From NCBI GenBank assembly GCA_040384805.1, contig JAZKIP010000001.1, forward strand, positions 51,981 through 115,980: a DNA stretch of 64,000 nucleotides, in the 5' to 3' direction. Of the stretch, positions 29,095 to 38,756 are shown in pieces. The DNA is from Patescibacteria group bacterium (GTDB taxonomy: Bacteria; Patescibacteriota; Minisyncoccia; Phycocordibacterales; UBA9973). Every line of letters starts with the position of its first letter. Within the stretch, counting starts at the first letter, position 1. Under the pieces are notes generated by a model. That model made no database searches. It had not been told where the DNA came from and saw nothing but the letters and a program-made list of their open reading frames with translations. Both the position numbers and the translations under genes were made by a program.

Positions 29095-30573
29095 TTATCC
29101 GAGCATTTGAATTGCCGTTCGTATGCGACTTATCGTTTCCTCCTTGCCGAGTATTTCTGCCAAGACAAATGGATCAGGCGACTTGTCGCGTCCCGATAAG
29201 GCGAATCGCATGGGCCACAGAATGTCACCTCTGCCCACTTCCTCGGCATAGGGCCAAAGAGTTTCTTTGATATGCTCTTTCGTAAAGTTAGTATCGGAAA
29301 TCGCACCAAGAAGATCTGTGACATGAGAAAGATATGAAGACAGGATTCTATATTTATCATCCTCGGGTATCTTTGAAGATTTAAAGAAAAGAGTCTCCTT
29401 ATCATATGTTGGCTTGCCGAAGAAATAGGCGAGTTCTCCCTCTTCGGCCATGCGAACGACATCGATCCCTTTCGAAATTCGCTCCATGATAACAGGCGTA
29501 ATATTATGAATGATAGTGTTGGTATAGCCGGGGAGCTCTATAAGGCCTTCAGGGATGAATTTTCTTATATACTCTTCTTGTTCCTCGTATGAAAGGCGTT
29601 TTAAATGCTCACGATTGATCCATTCGAGCTTCTCCTCGTTAAATTGTCCGCCGCTTTTATGGACATGATCAAGATCGAATAACCGTACGAATTCGTCCGG
29701 AGTGATTATCTCCGTTTCGTCTCCTGGATGCCAGCCGATAAAGGCAAGGAAGTTCAACATTGCTTCCGGGAGGTAACCTTCTTTTTGGTAATCAAGGACA
29801 TCCTTGGCGCCATCGCGCTTGCCGAGTTTCTTGTTGCCGCCGAGAGCCATAATTGGCGGAAGAGTCGCTATTTCAGGCCTCTCTATTTCAAGAGCATCAT
29901 ACAATGCCAAAAATTTCGGCGTCGAAGAGATAAATTCATTCGCTCTCATGATATGTGTCACTCCCATTTCAAGATCATCGATGACATGGGCAAAATTGTA
30001 TGTCGGATATCCGTCGCTTTTGATGAGTATGAAATCATCGAGAGCCTCGGGTCCTGCAGTAAGATCTCCCATCACGAGATCATGCCATTCATATGATTTG
30101 ATGTCTGTGATCTTGAAACGCAAGGCTTGGGTTCCGTCCCATGCGGGCGGATTCTCCGGACGGTGATCCCTGTAGAGAAATGGGCGTTTCTCTACATCCG
30201 CTTTCTGGCGAAAAGATTCAAGTTCCTCCGATGTATAGGGATCAGCATAGGCAAGACCCTTATCTAGGAGGATTTTTGCGTATTTTTTATAGGATTCAAG
30301 GCGTTCCGACTGCAGATACGGCGCATGAGGTCCTCCGATATCAGGACCTTCATCCCATGAGATGCCAAGCCATGATAAGGATTTCACTATGTGATCGATT
30401 GACCCCTCGACTTCTCGCCCTTTGTCAGTATCTTCGATGCGAAGAATAAAAGTGCCCTCATGTTTGCGGGCATATGCCCATGCGAAAAGAGCAGTTCGGA
30501 CACCGCCGATATGCATATAGCCTGTCGGACTTGGAGCGAAACGCGTTACTACTTTTTTGGGGCTATGATTCAT
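29095..30573 (-). CDS. gltX: glutamyl-tRNA synthetase
   Basis: 492 aa; N-terminal RFAPSPTGYMHIGG (HIGH) and KLGKRDG (KMSKS-like) class I motifs typical of GluRS. Confidence 0.9.
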   Translation of the reverse strand: MNHSPKKVVTRFAPSPTGYMHIGGVRTALFAWAYARKHEGTFILRIEDTDKGREVEGSIDHIVKSLSWLGISWDEGPDIGGPHAPYLQSERLESYKKYAKILLDKGLAYADPYTSEELESFRQKADVEKRPFLYRDHRPENPPAWDGTQALRFKITDIKSYEWHDLVMGDLTAGPEALDDFILIKSDGYPTYNFAHVIDDLEMGVTHIMRANEFISSTPKFLALYDALEIERPEIATLPPIMALGGNKKLGKRDGAKDVLDYQKEGYLPEAMLNFLAFIGWHPGDETEIITPDEFVRLFDLDHVHKSGGQFNEEKLEWINREHLKRLSYEEQEEYIRKFIPEGLIELPGYTNTIIHNITPVIMERISKGIDVVRMAEEGELAYFFGKPTYDKETLFFKSSKIPEDDKYRILSSYLSHVTDLLGAISDTNFTKEHIKETLWPYAEEVGRGDILWPMRFALSGRDKSPDPFVLAEILGKEETISRIRTAIQMLG

Positions 30574-31690
30574 GGGACAAAGCTATGTTAAGTGCCTCTT
30601 GGGCGATCTTTTCGGCGGCAAGAGGTGAGGCGAACGAAAGAGCGTGTTCTTTCATCTGGGCTAGGCGTTCAGTATTGCTTGCAAGCTTATCGATTTCTGA
30701 TATAAGGACATGCGGGGACAGATTTCCCTCTTCGATCACTTCGCATGCCCCGGTGCGCGCGTAACTGAATGCGTTTTTCCGTTGATGATCGCCATTGGAA
30801 TGTGAAATGGGAATAATGATGGAGGGCACGCCCCATGAGGCGATCTCAAAGATCGTCGAACCCGCACGAGAGATGACAAGCGTGGCGATCCCTGCCGCCA
30901 TCTTGGTTTCTAGAGTATTCACATACGGGAACGGCTTATAACGTCCCTTATTAGGATTATTTTCAAGAACAAGATTCGATCGGGAATAGACATCATCGAA
31001 AAGCTTTGTACCTGTCTGATGAATCACCTGATAGCGGGAAACAAGATCCGGAAGAGCTTCGATGATCGTATTGTTGATTATTTCAGCCCCCGACGAGCCG
31101 CCCAAAATGACGATAACCGGCAAAGCCGATGTCAGCTTGAAAAAGTCAGCTGCTCCTTCAGGGCTGCCGTGAAGAATATCCTTGCGGATCGGTTGGCCTG
31201 TCCACGCCGTCTTTTCTTTTGGAAGAAATTGTGCCGCCTCGGGCCATGAGAGAGCAACGCGCTTTGCGAATTTTGCCGTCCACAGATTCAGGCGTCCCGG
31301 TGCTGAATCAGATTCATGAACGATGACCGGTACGCGCAGGAGTCTGGCCGCAAAGACGGCGGGAAATGCGGCATATCCCCCCTTTGATACGACGACGTCG
31401 GGATAGATGAAGAACATCGACAGCAATCCGAAAAATGCTCCGACAGATGTTTTTATAACATCTGTCGCATTGCGCAAAGAGAAATATAATCGCATCTTGC
31501 CGGCTGGGATCTCTACATAGGCAATCCCATTTTCAAAAAGCATCCGCTTGTCATAGGGGGCATCTGACATGTAGTAGAGTTTTAGGTCGACAATCTTTTG
31601 TTCTTCTGAAAGCTGGTTGAGTTTTTCGGCGATGGCGATGAGCGGATAGAAATGCCCTCCTGTGCCTCCGCCTGTAAGCAGTATTTTCAT
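30563..31690 (-). CDS. murG: undecaprenyldiphospho-muramoylpentapeptide beta-N-acetylglucosaminyltransferase
   Basis: 375 aa; MKILLTGGGTGGHFYP start and GT-B fold pattern of MurG; operon with ftsW/mraY. Confidence 0.85.
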   Translation of the reverse strand: MKILLTGGGTGGHFYPLIAIAEKLNQLSEEQKIVDLKLYYMSDAPYDKRMLFENGIAYVEIPAGKMRLYFSLRNATDVIKTSVGAFFGLLSMFFIYPDVVVSKGGYAAFPAVFAARLLRVPVIVHESDSAPGRLNLWTAKFAKRVALSWPEAAQFLPKEKTAWTGQPIRKDILHGSPEGAADFFKLTSALPVIVILGGSSGAEIINNTIIEALPDLVSRYQVIHQTGTKLFDDVYSRSNLVLENNPNKGRYKPFPYVNTLETKMAAGIATLVISRAGSTIFEIASWGVPSIIIPISHSNGDHQRKNAFSYARTGACEVIEEGNLSPHVLISEIDKLASNTERLAQMKEHALSFASPLAAEKIAQEALNIALSHES

Positions 31691-31702
31691 ATATCCTTTA
31701 TA

Positions 31703-32827
31703 TTAACTTATTTTACGGCTTTTTTCCAAGCTCTTTTTCTGGTGTCGGGAAATATTGAGAATAATTCCCATGATGCCGAGAGACAGAAGCAATGCTGTTC
31801 CTCCGTGACTGATAAAGACAAGAGGAACTCCCGTCAGAGGAAAGACTCCGATGATCGAGGCTATATTCATGAATGATTGAGCGATGATCATAGTGATTGC
31901 GCCGATGACGAAAAGCTTGCTGAATGAGTCGGGTGCATGATAGGCAATCCGATATCCGCGCAGAGCGAATGCCACGAAAAGGCAAATGATAAGGGCGCAT
32001 CCGATGAATCCAAGTTCCTCTCCGATCACGGCGAAAATTGAATCGCCCTGCGGTTCCGGCAGATAATTGAATTTCTGAATGCTTTGTCCGACCCCTCTGC
32101 CGAATATTCCCCCGGAGCCGACCGATATCAGGGATTGTTGGAGTTGATATGATGAGCCGGAGCTGTTCTGGCTCGGATGAAGAAATGTTTCAATACGCTC
32201 CATAAGATAGGGTTTGAAGAAGACAAGAACGGCGAAAGCGAAGATGCTTACGACCAAAAAACCGAGAATGTATCTCCATGGCGTTCCTGAGACAAAAAGC
32301 ATGACAAGGGCTGTGATGGTAATAAGGATAATGCTTTTCGTATCCGGCTGCCGTATAAGGACAACGGCGATAATCCCCAGAAGAACGACAAGGGGCATAA
32401 TGCTGAATTTTAAATCCCGTACGCGGCCTTTGGCCCATGAGAGCCACGCGGCGAAATAGATAATAAAGCCTATTTTTAAAAATTCCACTGGCTGAAAGGA
32501 GACGCCGAAGATTGTAACCCATCGCCGCGCGCCGCCGTGGCTTAATCCGAGCGACGGCACGAAAACGAGAGCTGTCAGGATGATGGATCCGACAAATAAC
32601 GGCAGTGAATACTGTCGCCAGAATTTATACGGTATGCGCAGTCCGAAATAAAGCGCTATCGATCCTCCAACAAGGCCAAGAACGAATTGACCGAAGATAA
32701 CTCCGTAGAATTTGGTTTCGTTTTTCGCAAGAATGCCCAAGGAGGCAGATGTAAACATGACAACGCCGATCGCCACCAGTGCGATAACGATTCCAAAAAA
32801 GATCCGATCAATTCCTTTTGTCTTCAT
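31703..32827 (-). CDS. ftsW: SEDS-family peptidoglycan glycosyltransferase (FtsW/RodA)
   Basis: 374 aa; ~10 TM; conserved ...PEPQGDSIFAVIGEELGFIG... motif; between mraY and murG as in dcw clusters. Confidence 0.85.
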   Translation of the reverse strand: MKTKGIDRIFFGIVIALVAIGVVMFTSASLGILAKNETKFYGVIFGQFVLGLVGGSIALYFGLRIPYKFWRQYSLPLFVGSIILTALVFVPSLGLSHGGARRWVTIFGVSFQPVEFLKIGFIIYFAAWLSWAKGRVRDLKFSIMPLVVLLGIIAVVLIRQPDTKSIILITITALVMLFVSGTPWRYILGFLVVSIFAFAVLVFFKPYLMERIETFLHPSQNSSGSSYQLQQSLISVGSGGIFGRGVGQSIQKFNYLPEPQGDSIFAVIGEELGFIGCALIICLFVAFALRGYRIAYHAPDSFSKLFVIGAITMIIAQSFMNIASIIGVFPLTGVPLVFISHGGTALLLSLGIMGIILNISRHQKKSLEKSRKIS

Positions 32828-32838
32828 CTTTTAATTCT

Positions 32839-33888
32839 TTAACTGATTATCGAAATAATAACTCCTATGACGGCGGTAATGATGCTCAAAATCCAATAAC
32901 GCATAGTCACTTTGTATTTCGGCCACCCGATAGCTTCGAAATGATGATGAAGCGGCGCGAACAGGAAAATTCTTTTCCCTTTTCGCAATCGGCGCGATGT
33001 CATCTGAATGATGCCGGAAAGCGATGTGATGAAAAGAGGAAAGGCGATGATCGGCAGGAGCAATACGGTATCGGTCAGAAATGCGATTACAGCAAGGGTG
33101 ACGGTAAGTCCGATCATTCCCGTTTCTCCCATGTAGAATCGGGCAGGAGGAATATTAAACCACAAAAATGCCAAAATTGCTCCGGTAATGACCGCACATA
33201 AGGCCGCCAAATTCAATTGATCCTTGAAGAAGGCTATCAAGGTATATGCCATGAAAATCGAAGCCATAACTCCGCCCGAGAGCCCGTCAATCCCATCGAT
33301 CACGCTTGAAGACCAGACGCCAAGCATAATGATCATGAAAAAAGGAATAAAGAGAAATCCAACATGGATGAATCCGTACCATGGAATATAGAACTCATGT
33401 ATACCGAGCTTAGCGAAGAACCACCACCCGATCGCAAGGCCGAGTATAACGATGATACCGATCTTCAGATAACGCAGGATTATGGGATCGCGTGTCCACT
33501 TACCTTTGCCGAAAATCTGCAGGAAATCATCTCCAAGACCAATAAGCGACGCTGTAAGAAGCGTAAACAAAGGAAGAACAGTCTGATTGCGGCTTATAAA
33601 ATTAAGCTTGCTTGTAAGGGGCGTATTGAGAATAGAGTCCGAGAGAATAACCAGAAAAATAGTGATGATAACCGACATCCAGATAATGATTCCTCCCGTC
33701 CGCGGAGTTGAAAGTTCGGATGCATCGTCATGAATATCATGGAACCGGCTCACAGGAACGTTCTCTTTTCGCGATACGCGACGCCACATTTTGTACTTAT
33801 AAAAATAATGGGTTGCGACAGGGGTCAGTAGGATTCCGACGATAAAGCTTGCTGCCGCGGGGAGAAGTATTTTTAAGGCGTTAGTCAT
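32839..33888 (-). CDS. mraY: phospho-N-acetylmuramoyl-pentapeptide transferase
   Basis: VIDGIDGLSGGV and other MraY motifs; start trimmed to MTNALKIL so it abuts scpB rather than overlapping it by 100 nt. Confidence 0.85.
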   Translation of the reverse strand: MTNALKILLPAAASFIVGILLTPVATHYFYKYKMWRRVSRKENVPVSRFHDIHDDASELSTPRTGGIIIWMSVIITIFLVILSDSILNTPLTSKLNFISRNQTVLPLFTLLTASLIGLGDDFLQIFGKGKWTRDPIILRYLKIGIIVILGLAIGWWFFAKLGIHEFYIPWYGFIHVGFLFIPFFMIIMLGVWSSSVIDGIDGLSGGVMASIFMAYTLIAFFKDQLNLAALCAVITGAILAFLWFNIPPARFYMGETGMIGLTVTLAVIAFLTDTVLLLPIIAFPLFITSLSGIIQMTSRRLRKGKRIFLFAPLHHHFEAIGWPKYKVTMRYWILSIITAVIGVIISIIS

Positions 33889-34420
33889 TCGTTGTTTCGG
33901 CATTAATGATTCCTTGTAATTGATTCTGTATTTCGCGGTAATTCGGCAACGCTTCAATCGAAGATGCTCCCATATAGGAAAGGGCATCAAATGAGGGTCG
34001 ATACAGGATACGCCTGCTGTCTTTCGGATCTACGATTTTTTCTATCAATCCTCGTACTAAGAGGTTTCGCAGGATAAAGCTTGAATTGACTCCTCGGATG
34101 TAATCGATTTCGCTTCGCGATACCCCATTCTTATAAAGAACGATAGAAAGAGTCTCAAGAGCGGCTTTCGACAGATCTTTCGTTATCTCCTCTTTCCTGA
34201 TTGATTCGATAAGAGGGCTCAAATCCGCTGAAATGCCGAGAACAACGGAATCATCCTTGCGAACCAGAACCAATCCCCTGTCTTTGTAGGATTCGGAAAG
34301 TTCCGCCAGAGCTTCCTCGATTTCTTCGATCGTCGCATGCAAAAGATCGGCCAGTTTCTTGACCTGTACTTCTTCGCCCTTATAAAAAAGCAATCCTTCG
34401 ATTTTTGATTCCAGTTGCAT
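33881..34420 (-). CDS. scpB: segregation and condensation protein B
   Basis: 179 aa; two winged-helix repeats; ...IEGLLFYKGEEVQVKKLADLL... typical ScpB start. Confidence 0.8.
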   Translation of the reverse strand: MQLESKIEGLLFYKGEEVQVKKLADLLHATIEEIEEALAELSESYKDRGLVLVRKDDSVVLGISADLSPLIESIRKEEITKDLSKAALETLSIVLYKNGVSRSEIDYIRGVNSSFILRNLLVRGLIEKIVDPKDSRRILYRPSFDALSYMGASSIEALPNYREIQNQLQGIINAETTND

Positions 34421-34421
34421 A

Positions 34422-35195
34422 TTATTCGATAGTTTTTGATAATTCCTGCTTGCTCATCTCGATATCTCCAAACGATGCATTTTGAATGACATCGATGATA
34501 CCTTCACGCACTAATTCTAACATGGCAAGAAATGAAACGATAACATGAACCTTCACTTCTTCTATCGTCTCACCTTTGTGACTTGCCGCAAATTCGCGAA
34601 ATGACATATTCATGGCGGTTTGGATGCGTTCAGTGAGACCTTCGATCATGTGATCGATACTGATCACCTTTTTTACCTCCACCTCAGGCAGAGGAACGAT
34701 CTTCTGCGGAGCATGAGACAAAACGTCGCTTATTCCTTGCAGCATGTTTTCAATCGTCATCCCGGGATCAGGAGAAAAAAGAGGCTCGCTCCATACACGC
34801 TCAGGAGGAGTAAAGATGATCTTCATGCCGAATGTATTCTTGATATCAATAGTTGCATTCTTGATGATCTGATAAAGGGCAAGACGCTTTTCCAAGTCAA
34901 CAATCTTTTCTTCTTCGTCGTCTGTAAGCGCGAGACTTGGCAGAAGGGATTTCGATTTTATAAGTATCAAGGTTGCCGCAATCAGGATGAAATACGAAAT
35001 ATCGGCGATTCTTTTTTCTGTATCATTCTCTGACAATGACTTGATATATGCGATGTAATCGCTGGTTACTTCTGCAAGAGATATTTCATTGACGAAAAGC
35101 TTGCGTTGTTCGATAAGGGAAAGCAGAAGATCCAGTGGCCCTTCGAATTGGCCTGCTTTGACTTTATATGCTGATAATGTATTTTCATCTGTCAT
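34422..35195 (-). CDS. scpA: segregation and condensation protein A
   Basis: Kleisin N-terminal motif FEGPLDLLLSLIEQRKL; start trimmed to MTDEN to avoid overlap with the HIT gene. Confidence 0.8.
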   Translation of the reverse strand: MTDENTLSAYKVKAGQFEGPLDLLLSLIEQRKLFVNEISLAEVTSDYIAYIKSLSENDTEKRIADISYFILIAATLILIKSKSLLPSLALTDDEEEKIVDLEKRLALYQIIKNATIDIKNTFGMKIIFTPPERVWSEPLFSPDPGMTIENMLQGISDVLSHAPQKIVPLPEVEVKKVISIDHMIEGLTERIQTAMNMSFREFAASHKGETIEEVKVHVIVSFLAMLELVREGIIDVIQNASFGDIEMSKQELSKTIE

Positions 35196-35200
35196 AATAA

Positions 35201-35653
35201 TTATTCCTTTATCTTCTTCGCAGTCTTTGCAAGCCATGCGTCATCTGCCCGCTTGTAATCATGAGAAGAAATATATCCCTCATAAGTATCGAAGAATTTA
35301 TCAGGTTTTCCTATGTTCTGTTTCCGCTCTCCTTTTTGAGTGCCGTGCATCGGAAAAAGCTTTGCATGAACATGATTGACTCCGAATCCTTCGAATATCA
35401 TTCCTGTACGGCCGACATCATCTAATTTTTCATCAAGCAATTTTCCGACTACCTTTGAGGCAAGAACAAGTTTGGAAAGAACATCATCGGGCAGATCGAA
35501 CGCATAGCTATCATAATGCTCCTTGGTTATGACGACAGTAAATCCTTCGGTATTTGGAAAAATCGTGAGAAATGCCAAATGATCCTGATCTTCCCAGATC
35601 GTGTATGATGGCGCCTCCCCTTTTACGATTTTACAAAAAATACAGTCTTCCAT
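35201..35653 (-). CDS. HIT-family nucleotide hydrolase/transferase
   Basis: 150 aa; MEDCIFCKIVKGEAPSYTIWEDQDHLAFL N-terminus and NHVHAKLFP histidine-triad-like motif (third His replaced). Confidence 0.7.
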   Translation of the reverse strand: MEDCIFCKIVKGEAPSYTIWEDQDHLAFLTIFPNTEGFTVVITKEHYDSYAFDLPDDVLSKLVLASKVVGKLLDEKLDDVGRTGMIFEGFGVNHVHAKLFPMHGTQKGERKQNIGKPDKFFDTYEGYISSHDYKRADDAWLAKTAKKIKE

Positions 35654-35655
35654 GA

Positions 35656-37074
35656 TTATTTTTTAGATATTTCTATACTTAACTCTTTTAATTGCTTGGA
35701 GGATACTTCTGACGGTGATTCCATCATGAGATCTTTTCCTTCCCCTGTCTTTGGAAAAGGAATGACTTCGCGGATATTAGGTTCTCCTTCAAGAAGCATT
35801 AATAGGCGGTCAAAACCCCAGGCGATACCTCCATGTGGAGGTGTCCCCGTGCCTAAAGCATGGAGCATGTGGCCGAAATTTTTATCGATATTCTCGTCGG
35901 TATGCCCAATAATACGAAGGACTTGTTGAAGGGCGTCAGGTGTGTGGTTTCTGATGCTTCCTCCTCCGATCTCATATCCGTTAAGTATTATATCGTATTG
36001 GGTTGTCAGAATGTTGCCTATGTCTTTTCTTTCCATAAGACTATTCATATGCTCTGGAATCGGTGCGGAAAAGGGATTATGAGTGAAAGTCCACTCACCT
36101 TCGGCTTGTGGATTATCAGACTTATCGGTTCTTTCGAAGAAAGGAAATTCGACAACCCACGCAAATGCAAGAATGTTCGGGTCATCTTTGTCGTTTCGGA
36201 TATCAGGCCTGTCGTTGCCATATTTTTCCATAGCTTCTTTGTATGTAATTCGGGGAAAAGGAATCTGCTGAATCTTTTTTTCAGGATAAAGCTTCGTTAC
36301 AAGATCGATCAATAATTTTTCGTTGACATTCATAACATCTTCTTGCTCAACAAAACTCATTTCAAGATCAAGCTGTGTAAATTCTGGTTGGCGGTCACCA
36401 CGCGTGTCTTCGTCACGCATACAGCGCGCGATCTGGAAATATTTTTCCATACCCCCAGCCATTAAAAGCTGCTTGTACTGCTGGGGCGACTGTGGCAATG
36501 CATAGAAAGTTCCGGGGTATAACCGAGACGGCACTATATAATCACGTGCTCCTTCAGGTGTCGATTTCGTAAGTATAGGAGTTTCAATTTCAATAAAATT
36601 CTCCTTATCAAGGAAATCACGAATGAATTTAGTAACTCGATGACGATTGCGAATATTCTTCTGCATGCGCGGACGGCGCAGATCAAGGTAGCGGTATTGC
36701 AAGCGGTGCTCTTCTCCGATCTCTTTGCCGTCGCTTGTTACATCGAAGTTTGGCGTATTTGAAGCATTGAGGATCTCAATTCCAATAATCTCAAGCTCTA
36801 TGTCGCCATTAACCACTCCTTCTTTGATATTTCTCTCTGGTCGCTTGTTTACTAAGCCTTTTATTTTGATAACCCACTCTGAGCGGACTTCTTTGACTTG
36901 CTCCATTGCTTCCGCATGGTTCGGGAGAACTACTCCCTGAACTTTGCCCGTCATGTCACGCATGTCCATGAAGACAAGCTTGCCTTGGTCGCGCCTGACA
37001 TCAACCCATCCGGCGATGAGGACTTCTTTTCCAACATGCTCTCCTAAATCTTTTATATATATTCTGTCTTTCAT
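35656..37074 (-). CDS. aspS: aspartyl-tRNA synthetase (compact form; likely non-discriminating given gatB)
   Basis: N-terminal OB anticodon-binding fold; class II motif 2 FQIARCMRDEDTRGDRQPEFTQLDLEMSF; motif 3 near the C-terminus. Start set at MKDRIY (37074) because the ORF-track start (37137) would run through the T-box terminator. Confidence 0.85.
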   Translation of the reverse strand: MKDRIYIKDLGEHVGKEVLIAGWVDVRRDQGKLVFMDMRDMTGKVQGVVLPNHAEAMEQVKEVRSEWVIKIKGLVNKRPERNIKEGVVNGDIELEIIGIEILNASNTPNFDVTSDGKEIGEEHRLQYRYLDLRRPRMQKNIRNRHRVTKFIRDFLDKENFIEIETPILTKSTPEGARDYIVPSRLYPGTFYALPQSPQQYKQLLMAGGMEKYFQIARCMRDEDTRGDRQPEFTQLDLEMSFVEQEDVMNVNEKLLIDLVTKLYPEKKIQQIPFPRITYKEAMEKYGNDRPDIRNDKDDPNILAFAWVVEFPFFERTDKSDNPQAEGEWTFTHNPFSAPIPEHMNSLMERKDIGNILTTQYDIILNGYEIGGGSIRNHTPDALQQVLRIIGHTDENIDKNFGHMLHALGTGTPPHGGIAWGFDRLLMLLEGEPNIREVIPFPKTGEGKDLMMESPSEVSSKQLKELSIEISKK

Positions 37075-37280
37075 ATGTGACCTTAAGCTTAGAGAAAACA
37101 AAAATCGCCTCTCTAAACGTATTAAATAATAATACATTTATAGGGGCGATGTTTGTCGCGGTGCCACCCTACTTTTGAACTCTTTGCGCTTTATCGCAAG
37201 CAGTGCGGAAGGTTCTACTTGTCCGTCTGGGGCGGATTTTCTTCCTTCGCCTCCCCAGTGTCAGCTGGTTCAAAGGCATA
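37075..37280 (-). promoter_or_regulatory. T-box riboswitch leader of aspS (Asp specifier GAC candidate)
   Basis: Minus strand AAAGTAGGGTGGCACCGCGAC (revcomp of 37155-37175) matches the T-box consensus AATTAGGGTGGNACCGCG. Upstream is a GC-rich stem CTGGGGAGGCG...CGCCCCAG with an AG bulge, and GGACAAG (codon GAC + A). Downstream, the ATCGCC...GGCGAT helix plus TTTTTGTTTT precedes the ATG. Confidence 0.6.
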
Positions 37281-37316
37281 TATTTATAGTATCACAAAGA
37301 TTTCGAATAAAAAAGC

Positions 37317-37595
37317 TTAATGAATATCCTTCGCGATGAGGAATTCATACGGCACGGAAATGACGAATGTTATGCCCACAAGAATCCAATAAAAGGGTGT
37401 AAAAGCGTAATACATTACCTCGTCCTTTTTCCGCATGCCGAAATACCATTTCTGGACAGCAGTCTGGAAAGCATTAAGCGGGATATAAATAATTCCTAAA
37501 GCCACGGTCAAAAGAACGCGCACAGGCTTAAGGAGCATGATGGCAAAATAGATAGCGGCTATGATCAGTATGACCCGTATGATTTCGTAGAGCAT
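37317..37595 (-). CDS. small two/three-TM membrane protein (hypothetical)
   Basis: 92 aa hydrophobic ORF, 8 nt upstream of trpS. Confidence 0.35.
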   Translation of the reverse strand: MLYEIIRVILIIAAIYFAIMLLKPVRVLLTVALGIIYIPLNAFQTAVQKWYFGMRKKDEVMYYAFTPFYWILVGITFVISVPYEFLIAKDIH

Positions 37596-37602
37596 ATAGG
37601 CA

Positions 37603-38607
37603 TTATAAATTTACTCCTATTTTATCGCGCACTTCGGTCATTTTCGCATCCATGAAGACTTTCGCCTTGTGGGCACCTTCGCGAAGAATCTGGCGGACAA
37701 GATCGGGATCGTTTTCGTATTTTTTCCTCCTTTCCCTCAGGGGAGAGATATATGAGATAATTTCCGATGCAAGCATGTCTTTCGATTCTTTATATCCAAT
37801 ACCTCCATCCTGATATCGTTTTCGCAAAGTGCCGATATCTTCATTGTTGAGAAATAATTTATGAAGAGCAAAAATATTGCATGTCTCGGGATCTTTTGGC
37901 TCCTCGGGAGTTTTCGAATCCGTGACGATGCTCATGACAGCTTTCTTGATCTCTTCATCGCTTCCAAATAGCGGGATAATATTGCCATAACTTTTCGACA
38001 TTTTTCGCCCGTCAGTTCCCGGAACGATCGCGACTGTTTCTAAGATCATAGGTTCCGGCATTTTGAATGTCTCGCCGAAAATATTATTGAATTTCTGTGC
38101 CGTATCGCGCGCATATTCAATATGCTGTTTCTGGTCGGCTCCGACAGGAACGATATCGGCATCATGAATCAAGATGTCTGCAGTCATCAGAAGCGGATAG
38201 TCAAAAAGACCCATGGTAACCTCTTTGGCTTTCATATGAGCATCCTTGTAGGCTGTTGCGCGTTCAAGGTAAGCGACAGTCGTAATACAATTGAAATACC
38301 ATGTAAGTTCGGTGACATACGGGAGATCGGACTGCTTGAAGATAATTACTTTGGCAGGATCAAGTCCTGCAGCAAGATAATCCATGGCGATTTCGAGCGT
38401 TCCTTGGGAAAGCTTCTCCCTGTCCTGAACTGTCGTTAATGCATGGAGATCGACAATGATGATGCGGCTGTCATAAGCGTCCTGAAGATCAACAAATTGC
38501 TTTATAGCTCCGAAATAATTGCCTATATGGAGCGTTCCTGACGGCTGAATACCTGAAACGAGTACTTTTTTCATCCCATATGAGATAGGGATCCTATGAT
38601 CTCCCAT
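37603..38607 (-). CDS. trpS: tryptophanyl-tRNA synthetase
   Basis: 334 aa; GIQPSGTLHIGNYFGAI (HIGH-type) and KMSKS (RKMSKSYGN) motifs; size typical of TrpRS. Confidence 0.9.
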   Translation of the reverse strand: MGDHRIPISYGMKKVLVSGIQPSGTLHIGNYFGAIKQFVDLQDAYDSRIIIVDLHALTTVQDREKLSQGTLEIAMDYLAAGLDPAKVIIFKQSDLPYVTELTWYFNCITTVAYLERATAYKDAHMKAKEVTMGLFDYPLLMTADILIHDADIVPVGADQKQHIEYARDTAQKFNNIFGETFKMPEPMILETVAIVPGTDGRKMSKSYGNIIPLFGSDEEIKKAVMSIVTDSKTPEEPKDPETCNIFALHKLFLNNEDIGTLRKRYQDGGIGYKESKDMLASEIISYISPLRERRKKYENDPDLVRQILREGAHKAKVFMDAKMTEVRDKIGVNL

Positions 38608-38756
38608 CTGTAAATTAAATAATAAATATATGTCCGCTATAAATCTTCTAAAACATACTTATGTATATCTCATACGGGACACGTATATATAAATCATAGC
38701 AAAAAAGACTTTGTTTTGCACATCTTACCCACAGAGTTGTTCATTTTTGGGGAATT

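Noticed and set aside
38608-38756. Possible T-box leader upstream of trpS
   Set aside because: No GGGTGGNACCGCG-like sequence on the minus strand of the 150-nt leader; the region looks like a simple divergent promoter spacer with dnaB.
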